64,000 nucleotides of DNA. It comes from an uncultured Pseudomonadales bacterium (GTDB lineage Bacteria > Pseudomonadota > Gammaproteobacteria > Pseudomonadales > Porticoccaceae). The stretch lies in assembly GCA_938092205.1 (NCBI GenBank), contig CALKMW010000037.1:1628-65627 (forward strand), written 5' to 3'. This document shows positions 20,329 to 31,069 of this stretch, one piece after another (positions within the stretch are counted from its first letter, which is position 1; every line of letters starts with the position of its first letter). The notes beneath the pieces were generated by a model. The model did not search any database and was not told the origin of the DNA. It was given only the letters and a program-made list of their open reading frames with translations. Both the position numbers and the translations under genes were made by a program.

Positions 20329-20940
20329 ATGTCAGATCAGAAGTCATTACAAGCCAAGCAAAAAAGCTTCAGGTATCAAATTTGGTTAATGTTGATCATT
20401 GTCTTTGGTGTTATCGCATTTGGCTTCCTTATGGTGCCGAAATCTGAGGAACAGCGACAAAAGATGATCGAATTATTTGGCACCACTAATCAGGGCCAAT
20501 TAGTCAAGCCAGCCCTGGATGTCAGCGCAGCACTAGCCGCGGTTCCAGCGCCTGAAAAGCATAAGTGGAAAATAGTTATCGTCGGTGGTAATTTTTGTGA
20601 TCAGACGTGCGAGGATCTTCTGCTAAATACTCGTCAGATTCATATGTTATTGGGTAAATACACAGGTCGCGTACAGCGAATCTTTCTTCAGGGTCCCAAT
20701 CAGGTAATGGATGAGCAGTGGTTAACTGAACAGCATCCATTTTTGCAGTTAGCGGATCTTGATGGTGACCAGTTTAAACAGCTCTTGGTGAATAATTCTG
20801 CTGATTGGGATATGGCAAGCATCCGATATTTTGTGGTAACCCCAGATAACAAGGCAATTCTGTACTTTACTGCAGACAATGATGCGAATGGACTGCTTGA
20901 TGACCTTAAACATCTGTTAAAATACTCCCCTGATCGTTAA
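20329..20940 (+). CDS. cox-cluster conserved membrane-anchored protein (probable thioredoxin-like fold)
   Basis: N-terminal transmembrane helix, TNQGQLVKP, CDQTC and LLDDLKHLLK; typical position after SURF1. Confidence 0.7.
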   Translation: MSDQKSLQAKQKSFRYQIWLMLIIVFGVIAFGFLMVPKSEEQRQKMIELFGTTNQGQLVKPALDVSAALAAVPAPEKHKWKIVIVGGNFCDQTCEDLLLNTRQIHMLLGKYTGRVQRIFLQGPNQVMDEQWLTEQHPFLQLADLDGDQFKQLLVNNSADWDMASIRYFVVTPDNKAILYFTADNDANGLLDDLKHLLKYSPDR

Positions 20941-20971
20941 TTTAGCGATTTAAATCGTTTATTCGGAGAAT

Positions 20972-21871
20972 ATGTTGGAGTCCAAAATAGATAATCAAAC
21001 TAGAGTCAGTTGGCGTGACTACTTAGAGCTGTGTAAGCCCAATGTGGTAGCGCTGATGTTGCTTACTTCAGTCATAGGCATGCTATTGGCCACCCCGCAT
21101 GCAGTGCCGCTAGATATTTTAATCTTCGGCAACCTCGGTATTGCTCTGTGTGCCGGCGCTGCCGCGGCAGTCAATCATGTGGTCGATCGACATATTGACG
21201 AAAAGATGGCGCGCACAGCAAACCGACCTATTGCTAAGGGTCGACTTAGCCCTAATCAAGCCATTACTTTTGCGCTGCTAACAGGGCTTCTTGGTGTATT
21301 GATATTAGTGCTGTTTACTAACCTATTGACCGCATGGTTGACGCTGGCATCTTCAATTGGTTATGCCTTTATTTACACCATGTACTTAAAGCGCGCTACA
21401 CCGCAAAATATTGTGATTGGTGGCCTCGCTGGCGCTGCTCCCCCGCTATTGGGTTGGGTGGCAGTAACGGGAGAGATCCACTACAACGCTCTGTTATTGG
21501 TTTTGATTATCTTTGCTTGGACGCCGCCGCATTTTTGGGCGCTGGCACTGCACCGCAAAGAAGAATATGCCAAGGCAGATATCCCGATGTTGCCAGTGAC
21601 CCACGGCGACAGGTATACCAAAATTAATATTGTGCTATATACCCTTATGCTAATCGTGGTAACAGTTATGCCGTATTTAACGGGACTGTTTGGCTGGTTG
21701 TATTTAGCCGGATGCTTAATCCTAGGGGCCGGGTTTTTGTTCTATTCCGCACTGATGTGGCTGAATAAGGACTCAGGAATGAGAACCTTTAAATACTCCA
21801 TTATTTATTTGATGGTGTTATTTGCCATTATGCTGCTTGACCACTATCTAGTGCCATCGGTTGCTATTTAA
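20972..21871 (+). CDS. cyoE: heme O synthase (protoheme IX farnesyltransferase)
   Basis: Motifs DRHIDEKMARTANRP, LKRATPQNIVIGG and WTPPHFWAL. Confidence 0.96.
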   Translation: MLESKIDNQTRVSWRDYLELCKPNVVALMLLTSVIGMLLATPHAVPLDILIFGNLGIALCAGAAAAVNHVVDRHIDEKMARTANRPIAKGRLSPNQAITFALLTGLLGVLILVLFTNLLTAWLTLASSIGYAFIYTMYLKRATPQNIVIGGLAGAAPPLLGWVAVTGEIHYNALLLVLIIFAWTPPHFWALALHRKEEYAKADIPMLPVTHGDRYTKINIVLYTLMLIVVTVMPYLTGLFGWLYLAGCLILGAGFLFYSALMWLNKDSGMRTFKYSIIYLMVLFAIMLLDHYLVPSVAI

Positions 21872-21895
21872 TTTTACTTGCTCGGTTTGATCAAT

Positions 21896-22540
21896 ATGGA
21901 ACAAAAAAACAGAATTAGACTAACCATTGTGGCCGTCATTGCCTTTATATTATTGGTTGTTTATGGCTTTACATGGCGTATTAGTCAGCCAGTGATTATG
22001 TCTAAAGAAGAGCTGCAAATTAATGGCGCAATTGTTTTAGATAAGCCGAGAATTTTCAGTGATTTTGAATTACAGGATCATCGTGGAGATCTGTTTAATA
22101 TTGCCCGTATGCAAGGGGTTTGGACCATAGTCTTTTTTGGCTTCACACATTGCCCTGATATCTGCCCTACAACTTTGGCCATGTTAAACGATACCTACAG
22201 CAAGCTTAAAGACAGCGAGAAGGAGCTACTGCAAGTGGTTATGATTTCTCTCGACCCTGAGCGCGATACGGTCGAAAAGCTAGCAGAATATGTGCCCTAC
22301 TTTAATTCAGAGTTTACCGGGGTCACGGGTAATAAGCATTTGATTCGCCGTCTAACGGCCGAGCTTAATGTAGCTTACAACCAGGTGCCTCTAAGCGGTG
22401 ATGACTACACGGTTGATCACAGTACTCAATTAATTTTGATCAACCCTAAGGGGCATTACCACGGCTTCTTTAAGGCGCCGCACACAGAGATTACTATGCG
22501 CAGAACTTGGCGTTCTATCAATGGAACTAGTAAGTTTTAA
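21896..22540 (+). CDS. SCO1/SenC copper chaperone
   Basis: Motifs FFGFTHCPDICP, DPERDT and YTVDHS. Confidence 0.94.
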   Translation: MEQKNRIRLTIVAVIAFILLVVYGFTWRISQPVIMSKEELQINGAIVLDKPRIFSDFELQDHRGDLFNIARMQGVWTIVFFGFTHCPDICPTTLAMLNDTYSKLKDSEKELLQVVMISLDPERDTVEKLAEYVPYFNSEFTGVTGNKHLIRRLTAELNVAYNQVPLSGDDYTVDHSTQLILINPKGHYHGFFKAPHTEITMRRTWRSINGTSKF

Positions 22541-22542
22541 GT

Positions 22543-23805
22543 CTACTTAGACAGGTGTGGTTCCAGCATACTAAGTGTTTTCTCAATAGCGCCTGAATTG
22601 CCTTGCACAATCTTTAATGCCTGTTCGCCATCAAGCCTAGCTTGTTTTGGCGAGTTGGCATACACAGTCAATTGATTACACAATGCCGAAGAGTCATTAA
22701 CTTTAGTACAGGCATTATTGGCGATTAGCTGTGGAAAAATATGCTGAAAATTATAATAGCTTGGACCGGTCAGCACGGGTATCCCCAAAGCTGCAGCCTC
22801 CAGTGGGTTATGCCCGCCGCGGTCGATTAGACTGCCACCAATAAATGCGCAATTTGCCGCGCCAAAAAAGGTCAACATCTCGCCCATAGTATCGGCAAGT
22901 AAAACTGGCTGATCGACTAAATTCTGTGCGCTCCATCGAGTGAAGGCGATGTTTTCATCTTTAAGCAGTTCAGCGACATTGTTGAATTGTTCGGGATGAC
23001 GCGGTGCAATGATTAATAAGCTTTTAGCATATTGACTGCAAAGTAGTTTATGCGCCGCAATAGTTTGCTCATGTTCGCCCGGGTGTGTGGAGCCGGCAAC
23101 CCAAACAAAGTCATAGTTGTTTAGTGCGTGTTTTAACTGTTGCGCGCTATCTTTTGCCTGTGTAGATAGTTGTATATCAAATTTAATCGAGCCGACAACA
23201 GTAGACTGTGAATCTTTTAGCCCTAAAAGTTTAAAACGCGCAACATCTGCTTGGTTATGTCCTGCCAGTGCAGTAATCGAATGCATTATCTGGCGACTTA
23301 GGGGGGCGAAAAACTGGTAGCCTTTAAGCGATTTTTCAGACAGTCTTGCATTAACGACCAGCACCGGTATTTGCCGTTGCTTAGCCTGCAGAAGCAGATT
23401 TGGCCACAACTCAGTCTCTAGGATAATGATTGCCGCAGGCTGAAGTTTATTCAAAAAGCGCTTTACACTACCGTGAAAATCAATGGGCAAATACAGATTT
23501 TGTACCGAATGGCCAAAGATTTTAGCAACCTGCTCAGATCCAGTTGGGGTATTGCAGGTAATAGTAATCTGATGCTCTGAAAATCTAGCCATGAGCTGCT
23601 TTATTAATGGGCTGGCAGCTATAATTTCACCCACTGAAGCACAGTGAATTACTAGATTCCCCGCCTGTACGGGCGTTTGGTAACACCCTAGGCGTTCATT
23701 CCAACGTTTTCTATAGGCGCTAGCCTTTCGCCCTCTCAGCCATAGCTGTAAAAAGATAAGCGGGCTCAAAACATATAAAAATAACGAGTATGCTACGCGC
23801 ACCAT
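22543..23805 (-). CDS. waaA: Kdo transferase
   Basis: Motifs HCASVGE, ETELWPN, AGSTHPGE, IAPRHPE and GGHNPLE. Confidence 0.95.
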   Translation of the reverse strand: MVRVAYSLFLYVLSPLIFLQLWLRGRKASAYRKRWNERLGCYQTPVQAGNLVIHCASVGEIIAASPLIKQLMARFSEHQITITCNTPTGSEQVAKIFGHSVQNLYLPIDFHGSVKRFLNKLQPAAIIILETELWPNLLLQAKQRQIPVLVVNARLSEKSLKGYQFFAPLSRQIMHSITALAGHNQADVARFKLLGLKDSQSTVVGSIKFDIQLSTQAKDSAQQLKHALNNYDFVWVAGSTHPGEHEQTIAAHKLLCSQYAKSLLIIAPRHPEQFNNVAELLKDENIAFTRWSAQNLVDQPVLLADTMGEMLTFFGAANCAFIGGSLIDRGGHNPLEAAALGIPVLTGPSYYNFQHIFPQLIANNACTKVNDSSALCNQLTVYANSPKQARLDGEQALKIVQGNSGAIEKTLSMLEPHLSK

Positions 23806-23927
23806 TTAAGATTCCTGATTAAACCGCCATATCTTATCATCTCGCCCAACAGCTTAGATAGAAAAACACATCGCAATTTCTCGTCTACAATTTTTATATG
23901 GCATTAAATTTACAGGGAGGTAAATTT

Positions 23928-25337
23928 TTGAAAGCAAGCCTAATGGTATTATTGGTGTGTTTTAGTTCTTTAGCTGTGGCTTCCCCAACAGCCTATTTGC
24001 CCATTGGTATAGATAGTCATCTACAACTTCAAATTCACCGCTTATTTGCTCTAACTAGCGGCAACCCTATGCGTCTTCCTTATGCGATTAAGGATATTGA
24101 ACAGGCTTTGGGCAGGATAAAGCAGCGCCAGCCAGCGCTGTATCAATCGATAAATAGTCAGTTGAATAGATACCGCGGCCATAGAAAGCTCAGTCGCACC
24201 GGGACAACTACTCGCTTATCGGCAAAAGAAGACCAGCTTATTGGTAATCAAAGGGGGCTTTCATCCGATCAATATTTGCAGGTTGAGCTTGAAGCTATAT
24301 GGCGGCCCAGGGCTAACATATTAGTTCAGGCAGGCATGGAGTATCGTGAAGATAGCGCACATTTAGTGCCATTTAACAGCTTTATCGCTACAATTGGCGG
24401 CAATTTTCAGCTTGATGTCGGCTATCGTGAGCACTGGTATTCGCCGTTTAAGTTTTCTTCGCAGTTAATTTCATCAAATGTGAAATTAAATCCAAGCCTT
24501 TCCCTAAGCGCTATTAAGCCAATCAAAAAATGGTGGCATTTAAATTTTGATCTTTTTTATACACGACTTGATCAAGTTAACAAAGGCATTAGTTATTTAG
24601 GGGAATGGCATGATGGTAAACCCCATTTACTAGGAACCCATGTAAGTATTGAGCCTATTAATGGCTGGAAGTTGGGTTTTAATCGTATGCTGCAGTTTGG
24701 CGGCGGCCCCAGAAATGTTTCCTTTAGCGATATTTTAAAAGCATTTATTGATCCTGCGACTAAGGATAATTCATACACGCAAGACCAACGAAAAACTGAA
24801 TTTGGCGACCAAATAGCCTCGGTGACCTCAAGCTATCGTTTTACAACAGGGGTGCCGATGGAGGTCTATGCCGAGTTGGCGGGTGAGGATACCCAGGGAG
24901 GAAGTAATTTTAGTCTGGGTAATCAGGCGACAAGCTTTGGCGTTTATTGGCCAAAAGTTAATCAAAATATCGATTTAAGGTATGAATATAACCGCTTCAA
25001 AACAGCCTGGTATACCAATCATATGTTCGCCTATGGTAATACTAATAATGGCAGGGTGATTGGCCATTATGCAGGGGATCAAAGAAAGTTTGGTCACGGC
25101 GTCCCCACAGAAATACATAAGGTATCTATCGATCTTTTTACCACTATGGCAACAAGTTGGGGATTATCCGCGGCTTCAATCAACAATAAAGATAAGACGC
25201 TTTACCGCAAGGGCAAAGAGCTCGAGCTAATAGGGCGTCATTATTGGCGAAAAAAGAGAATTGAATCTAAGCTCACATATGGTTCGTCGGTATTTTCAAA
25301 AGATTATTTGCATTTCTCAACAGCACTTTTTTGGTAA
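23928..25337 (+). CDS. Wzi-family (capsule assembly) outer-membrane beta-barrel protein
   Basis: Signal peptide, GYREHWYSP, RMLQFGGGPR, YAELAGED and a C-terminal aromatic FW. TTG start follows a GGAGG SD; the ORF track starts at 23898. Confidence 0.7.
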   Translation: MKASLMVLLVCFSSLAVASPTAYLPIGIDSHLQLQIHRLFALTSGNPMRLPYAIKDIEQALGRIKQRQPALYQSINSQLNRYRGHRKLSRTGTTTRLSAKEDQLIGNQRGLSSDQYLQVELEAIWRPRANILVQAGMEYREDSAHLVPFNSFIATIGGNFQLDVGYREHWYSPFKFSSQLISSNVKLNPSLSLSAIKPIKKWWHLNFDLFYTRLDQVNKGISYLGEWHDGKPHLLGTHVSIEPINGWKLGFNRMLQFGGGPRNVSFSDILKAFIDPATKDNSYTQDQRKTEFGDQIASVTSSYRFTTGVPMEVYAELAGEDTQGGSNFSLGNQATSFGVYWPKVNQNIDLRYEYNRFKTAWYTNHMFAYGNTNNGRVIGHYAGDQRKFGHGVPTEIHKVSIDLFTTMATSWGLSAASINNKDKTLYRKGKELELIGRHYWRKKRIESKLTYGSSVFSKDYLHFSTALFW

Positions 25338-26461
25338 ATTTTAGTTTTCTGCACGCTAATAGCGGCGTTAAACACCTCATGTGGTGTGATCGAATCGACT
25401 CTTTGCTCGCCCTTTAAGATATGGCTTTTGTTAAGTGGACGCCAATGTTTTGCCGATTGCCTAATCAGTGCAATTTGCTGAATATTAAGACTGCTAGCCA
25501 AATGCATAATAGCGGTTTCAACCGAGATCACTAGACTGCAATGTGACATCAAAGCAGGCAATTCAAAAAAATTGTCTTTTGCGGTATATGCCTCAATAGC
25601 CAAATGCTTAATTAGCGGATTGCTGGCTGCCCAGTAATTAAGAGATTCAAAATCGTTGGGGGGTGCATTAAGAATAAATAGGCACTGCGGGCGTCTTTCG
25701 CCCAATAGAAGTAATAATTCTTCAAGTTGGGATAGTTTCCAGTCACGCTTTTTGCAGGTCGATAAATGATTTATAAAAATAATTTGGGGATCTTGCAGAT
25801 GGTGTTTATTGGCCCAAGACTCTAGATATAACAAGCAATGCTGTTTAAGCTTTAGAGAAATGTCTAATTTCAGTAAACGCTGATTTTTATCAATACTTAT
25901 AGCGAAAAGTTGCCGGAAAATATGCTGATAAAAGTCACTGATATGATTGAAAGCGCTTACTTTCTTTAAATTTATCTTGCCGTCAAGTTTGTTGTAGGCG
26001 GCATAGTTAACCAGACTGCTCAATCTGTTCATTGGAACAGTGCCAAACACCTTGCCGTGATTAATTATTTTTACGGCGGTTTTAGCAAATGCAGCTGGGC
26101 GGTTGGTTGCAACAAAGACAACGACGTCATAGTCTTTAAGGTGCGCCTTTTGTATCTGCAGGTCTAGTTCTGACGAGCTATTGGGAATGGGGTAAACATA
26201 ATTTATATGCTGTTCATTAGATAACCATTGAACAAGAGACTTGCTGCGCCCCCTATGCCAAGGCTTCTTTTTTTTGCGGCAGTCATCAATCCAAATATCA
26301 AGCTCGATACATGGATGGCTTTCGACTAATTCCTTCAAAAAAGGCCCTTGATAGATATAGTCACCCAGTGCTAAATGTGACATATAAAGAATTTTTAGGC
26401 TGTTTAAATTTGAAAAAGAGGAACCATCCTGTGGTTCACCAAATGCTGGTATAGTGCGCAT
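25304..26461 (-). CDS. divergent glycosyltransferase family 9 (heptosyltransferase-like)
   Basis: N-terminal HLALGD and C-terminal SVETAIMHLA, a variant of the GT9 DTGPMHLA motif. Confidence 0.75.
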   Translation of the reverse strand: MRTIPAFGEPQDGSSFSNLNSLKILYMSHLALGDYIYQGPFLKELVESHPCIELDIWIDDCRKKKKPWHRGRSKSLVQWLSNEQHINYVYPIPNSSSELDLQIQKAHLKDYDVVVFVATNRPAAFAKTAVKIINHGKVFGTVPMNRLSSLVNYAAYNKLDGKINLKKVSAFNHISDFYQHIFRQLFAISIDKNQRLLKLDISLKLKQHCLLYLESWANKHHLQDPQIIFINHLSTCKKRDWKLSQLEELLLLLGERRPQCLFILNAPPNDFESLNYWAASNPLIKHLAIEAYTAKDNFFELPALMSHCSLVISVETAIMHLASSLNIQQIALIRQSAKHWRPLNKSHILKGEQRVDSITPHEVFNAAISVQKTKIYQKSAVEKCK

Positions 26462-26586
26462 GAGTTAATCCTTTAATCTCGCCGCAAGCTTATACGGGTG
26501 TTTTATTTGTAAACTTAATTTGCCCGTTTTTTTAAGTATAGGTGTACAATTACTTATCTTCCATTTTAAATTTTGAAGTGAATAAT

Positions 26587-27174
26587 ATGATCTCTAAAGA
26601 CATTCAAAATAGTTATTTGGCCAGTTTAGAGCGCCACAAAAAAGCCTTTGAGCTAATGGATTCATATCAGGCTCAAGCGTTGGCTCTTGCGGAAAAATGC
26701 TATGCCGCGCTTCAAGCGGGCGGCAAGGTAATCTGGATGGGTAATGGCGGCAGCGCGGCGGATGCGCAGCACCTAGCGGCTGAGTTTATGGTTCGTTACA
26801 AAAATGAGCGCGGGCCTCTAGCCTCGATTGCGTTGACCACAGATACCTCTATTTTGACTGCTCACTCCAACGATTATCACTTTGACTCAGTATTTGAGCG
26901 TCAAATTAAGGGCCTGTGTAAGCCAGAAGATATGGTTATAGGCCTTACCACTTCAGGCACAAGCCCAAATATAAATTTAGCCCTGAGCGCGGCTAATGAT
27001 ATTGGTGCTTACACCGTCGCGCTTACCGGCCGTGATGGCGGATTAGTCAAAGATATTGCCAGCCTACCAATCATTATTGCTAATGATGAAACAGCGCGTA
27101 TTCAAGAAGCACATATGTTTATTGGCCACTGGTTGTGTGAGGCGATTGATGCGCTAGTTGCGGGAAACGGCTAA
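26587..27174 (+). CDS. gmhA: sedoheptulose-7-phosphate isomerase
   Basis: Motifs [23 protein letters not shown] and ARIQEAH. Confidence 0.95.
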   Translation: MISKDIQNSYLASLERHKKAFELMDSYQAQALALAEKCYAALQAGGKVIWMGNGGSAADAQHLAAEFMVRYKNERGPLASIALTTDTSILTAHSNDYHFDSVFERQIKGLCKPEDMVIGLTTSGTSPNINLALSAANDIGAYTVALTGRDGGLVKDIASLPIIIANDETARIQEAHMFIGHWLCEAIDALVAGNG

Positions 27175-28616
27175 TGGATTTATCTTATTTTCAAACACTA
27201 AGCGACGTCAAAATACTGGTTGTAGGCGATGTAATGCTCGACCGCTATTGGCATGGTGATACGGCGCGGATTTCGCCTGAGGCCCCAGTGCCGGTGGTAA
27301 AAGTATCGGATTTTGAAGATAAGGCTGGCGGAGCGGCTAATGTTGCGAAAAACATCGTTCATTTAGGCGCTCAGGCTAGCTTGCTGGGCATTATAGGCGA
27401 CGATGATAATGGTCGCAGCTTGCAGGCCTCTCTGGAAAAAGAAGGAATTAGCTCATTACTGGTAAAGCAGAAGCAAGCCCCAACAATTACCAAAATTCGT
27501 ATTTTAAGTCGCAGTCAACAGGTGGTTCGCTTAGATATAGAGCAGTCATTTTCTCAGCAGCATGCCGATACATTGAGTGCAGAGTTCGAGAGCCTTATTG
27601 ATCAATTTGAAATGGTGTTGTTTTCAGATTACAGCAAAGGGTCATTGGCCAATATTGGCACCATGATCGATGTGGCCAAAAAAGCCGGAAAGACTGTACT
27701 AGTAGACCCCAAATCCAAAGACCTGGCTGTTTATGCCGGTGCGGACTTTGTGACGCCTAATTTAGCAGAATACCATGCCGCAGGCGGCGTTTCTGGCGAT
27801 GAACAGCAGATTGCGCAATCGGCTAAAAAGATTATTGCAGACTTTAAAATAGGCGCAATGTTATTGACCCGATCGGAACAGGGCATGTCGTTAATAACGC
27901 CAACAGAAAAGTTCGATTATCCTGCGCAAACTCTTGAGGTTGCTGATGTAACTGGCGCTGGTGATACGGTTATCGCGACGCTTGCAGTGATGCTAGGCAC
28001 CCAAATGCCGGCGTCTCAAGCAGTAGAGATAGCTAATATTGCCGCGGGCATAACCGTGACCAGGCTGGGTGCGGCTACGCTGTCTCCAGAAGAGCTATCA
28101 ACACAGCTTACAGCTTACCTTGAGCGCACCGGCGAGCACTATCATCCCTCAGCAGATGAGGTATTTGAGCGCATTGAACAGGCGCGCCGTCGCGGCGATA
28201 AAATTGTGTTTACCAATGGTTGCTTTGATATTTTACATGCTGGCCATGTGCGCTATTTGGCCCAAGCGAAAACACGCGGGGATAAATTAGTGGTTGGGTT
28301 AAATAATGATGACTCCATTACTCGGCTGAAAGGCGCTGATCGACCGGTTAATACGCTGGAAGAGCGTGCCACTGTCCTTACAGCACTGGCCGCAGTTGAT
28401 TGGGTTATCCCATTTGGTTCAGTGGAACACAACGACACCCCAGCTAATTTAATACAGAAGCTAAAGCCCGATGTCTTGGTTAAAGGCGGCGATTATAAAA
28501 TTGATGAGATTGCTGGGGCAGATTTTGTCTTGGCTAATGGTGGAAATGTTGAGGTGCTTGAGTTTGTTAATGACTGCTCAACATCCAATGTAATCAGTAA
28601 AATAAAAGCAACCTAA
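27174..28616 (+). CDS. hldE: bifunctional heptose-7-phosphate kinase / heptose-1-phosphate adenylyltransferase
   Basis: Kinase domain ([26 protein letters not shown]) plus nucleotidyltransferase domain ([13 protein letters not shown]). Confidence 0.96.
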   Translation: MDLSYFQTLSDVKILVVGDVMLDRYWHGDTARISPEAPVPVVKVSDFEDKAGGAANVAKNIVHLGAQASLLGIIGDDDNGRSLQASLEKEGISSLLVKQKQAPTITKIRILSRSQQVVRLDIEQSFSQQHADTLSAEFESLIDQFEMVLFSDYSKGSLANIGTMIDVAKKAGKTVLVDPKSKDLAVYAGADFVTPNLAEYHAAGGVSGDEQQIAQSAKKIIADFKIGAMLLTRSEQGMSLITPTEKFDYPAQTLEVADVTGAGDTVIATLAVMLGTQMPASQAVEIANIAAGITVTRLGAATLSPEELSTQLTAYLERTGEHYHPSADEVFERIEQARRRGDKIVFTNGCFDILHAGHVRYLAQAKTRGDKLVVGLNNDDSITRLKGADRPVNTLEERATVLTALAAVDWVIPFGSVEHNDTPANLIQKLKPDVLVKGGDYKIDEIAGADFVLANGGNVEVLEFVNDCSTSNVISKIKAT

Positions 28617-29326
28617 TTGTTTTGGTAGGCATCAATAAGCGACTGCCACTGGGCTGAGTCCCAGAAAAAGCGATTGTTACGCCCTTCTTCTTTGATAAAA
28701 GACCGCTGTAATCGTTGCATATTGCGCTTAAGGCATGGGTGCATAGGTTTAACCAAGCGCCCGCGATCAAAATCAATGATATAAACCCTACCGCTATTAT
28801 CTAGCATAATATTGTTTATATTTAGATCTGCATGAAATACACCCTGCTGATGAAAATTGGCAATTGTTTTACCAATAGCTATAACTTCATCATCGCTAAG
28901 AGCGCGAGTTTTTAACAGATCTAGCAGGCTTGCAGCGTCAGGAATCGCTTGAGTAATGAGATCGCCGCGGTAGATAAGACCACCATGATCAACCTTTGCT
29001 GCCAGCGGCTTGGGAACATTGAGACCTCTAGCCTCTAGCTCAACCAGTAATAGATATTCTTTATAGGTTCTGGTGTTTTTTAGTCCAGTATACAAATACT
29101 GATCGCTCAATAAACGGCCAACTAGGCCGCCGCGCCAATAGTGACGCAATACACCTATACCATTTGAGTAATCAAAAAACCATGTACTAGAGCGCCCTTT
29201 TTTTTCCGCTATAATGGCATCCATAGCTTGCCAATAATCGGGTAAAAACCAATCCAGGGTAACATTTAGGGGATTGTCGACTGCGGTAAGAAGGGTATGA
29301 TTACCACGATGAATGATATCGAGCAT
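28613..29326 (-). CDS. kdkA: Kdo kinase
   Basis: Motifs [25 protein letters not shown] and RLQRS. Start placed at the ATG at 29326. Confidence 0.9.
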   Translation of the reverse strand: MLDIIHRGNHTLLTAVDNPLNVTLDWFLPDYWQAMDAIIAEKKGRSSTWFFDYSNGIGVLRHYWRGGLVGRLLSDQYLYTGLKNTRTYKEYLLLVELEARGLNVPKPLAAKVDHGGLIYRGDLITQAIPDAASLLDLLKTRALSDDEVIAIGKTIANFHQQGVFHADLNINNIMLDNSGRVYIIDFDRGRLVKPMHPCLKRNMQRLQRSFIKEEGRNNRFFWDSAQWQSLIDAYQNN

Positions 29327-29455
29327 AAGCGACCTGCTGTGATTTTTTGCAGTATAACAAGCTTGCTCAATCAGATACACAGGATCAATTAGCCGATATG
29401 GCTGGGCTATTGTTGGCTGGTATAAATTTACTTAACCATTTTATTAAGGCGCGCT

Positions 29456-30508
29456 GTGGTTTTATCCGAGCAACCTAATGATATTTGTATTCTCAGATTG
29501 TCCGCAATTGGCGACGTATGCCATGCGGTCACTGCTGTGCAAGCGATTCAGCGACACTATCCTGCGGCCAGTATTACTTGGGTGATTGGCAAGGTGGAGG
29601 CCGCATTGCTAGAAGGCTTGCCAGGGGTTAAATTTGTTATTTTTGATAAAACACTCGGCAAAGTAGCCTATAGGCAATTAAAGCAGGCTTTTAAAGGTGA
29701 GCAATTTGATGTGTTATTACACATGCAGGTGGCGCTAAGAGCTAACCTTGCTGCTCGCTGTATTTCCGCTAAGGTAAAAATTGGTTTTGATTGGCATCGC
29801 GCTAAAGAAGGCCATTCGTTGTTTATAAACCGTCGAATTGAAAAGCAACAGTTTGCCCATGTGCTAGAAGGCTTTATGGGCTTTGCTCAGGCGATTGGCG
29901 TGCCTAGCAGTGAGCCACAATGGCAGTTGCCTGTTTCCGATTTAGATAAAAAGGCGGCACAGCAACATTTAGAAAGTTTGAGCAAAGTTGTGGTCATCGC
30001 TCCCGCAGCTAGTGGACCAGAGCGTAATTGGTTGCCTGAGCGCTATGCTGAGGTGGCAAGGCATGCGCATAATCAAGGATTTTCAATTGTACTAACCGGC
30101 GGTCCTACAGCGCTAGAACAGCGTTTGGTCAGCGATATTATGCAGCATATAGATTTCCCAGTTTTAAACCTAGTCGCTAAGACGTCGTTAAAACAACTCC
30201 TTTGTGTACTTGAGCAGGCCTTGTTGGTGATAGCTCCAGATACAGGCCCTGCTCATATGGCAGTTACTGTAGGCACGCCAGTGATTGGTCTTTATGCTCA
30301 CTCCAACCCGGCGCGCACTGGGCCCTATCTGTATCAAGATTACATCGTTGAGGTCTATCATCAAAACCTACAACAACAGTATGGTAAGCCAGCAGCCCAA
30401 TTGCCCTGGGGGCGACGTGTTAAAGGTAATCAGCTAATGGCACAAATAACTACCGAGGCAGTGATTGCGATGTTTGAGCGAGTTGTAGCGGAGCAAAAAT
30501 TGATATGA
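29456..30508 (+). CDS. GT9 LPS heptosyltransferase (OpsX-like)
   Basis: Motifs ILRLSAIGDVCH and APDTGPAHMA; divergent from kdkA. Confidence 0.88.
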   Translation: MVLSEQPNDICILRLSAIGDVCHAVTAVQAIQRHYPAASITWVIGKVEAALLEGLPGVKFVIFDKTLGKVAYRQLKQAFKGEQFDVLLHMQVALRANLAARCISAKVKIGFDWHRAKEGHSLFINRRIEKQQFAHVLEGFMGFAQAIGVPSSEPQWQLPVSDLDKKAAQQHLESLSKVVVIAPAASGPERNWLPERYAEVARHAHNQGFSIVLTGGPTALEQRLVSDIMQHIDFPVLNLVAKTSLKQLLCVLEQALLVIAPDTGPAHMAVTVGTPVIGLYAHSNPARTGPYLYQDYIVEVYHQNLQQQYGKPAAQLPWGRRVKGNQLMAQITTEAVIAMFERVVAEQKLI

Positions 30509-31050
30509 ACAACAAAGCAGTGTTTTTAGATAGAGACGGCGTGATTAATGTCGATCGCTCTTATGTGCATAGGGTCGAAGATTTTGAGTTTATAGAGGGT
30601 ATTTTTGATTTTTGCCGTCATGCTAAGAAGCTCGGCTATAAATTAGTTGTAGTTACCAATCAATCGGGAATTGGTCGCGGCTATTATTCAGAGAACGATT
30701 TTACTAAGCTAACACAGTGGATGGAGCAGCAGTTTATTGCCAATCAGTGTGATATTGATGCCGTCTATTTTTGTCCCTATCATCCTGAAAAAGCCCTGCC
30801 GCCCTATCTAAAAGACAGTGACTGGCGTAAGCCGGCGCCAGGTATGTTGCTGCAGGCTATTAAAGATTTTGATCTGGATGCCAAGCAATCGGTTATGATT
30901 GGCGATAGAGAAACAGATATGCAGGCCGCTGAGGCCGCAGGGGTCGGTAGAAAAATTCTTTTAGATGTGGATCAATTTAACGCTGATCAGCACACAAGCT
31001 GCGCAGATGAGTTATGGCCAAATATGGTGACGGGCCTTAAAGCTCTGTAG
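30505..31050 (+). CDS. gmhB: D,D-heptose 1,7-bisphosphate phosphatase
   Basis: Motifs FLDRDGVIN, TNQSGIGRG, CPYHP, RKPAPGM and IGD. Confidence 0.95.
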   Translation: MNNKAVFLDRDGVINVDRSYVHRVEDFEFIEGIFDFCRHAKKLGYKLVVVTNQSGIGRGYYSENDFTKLTQWMEQQFIANQCDIDAVYFCPYHPEKALPPYLKDSDWRKPAPGMLLQAIKDFDLDAKQSVMIGDRETDMQAAEAAGVGRKILLDVDQFNADQHTSCADELWPNMVTGLKAL

Positions 31051-31069
31051 CAAGCGCTTACAGGTAAAT

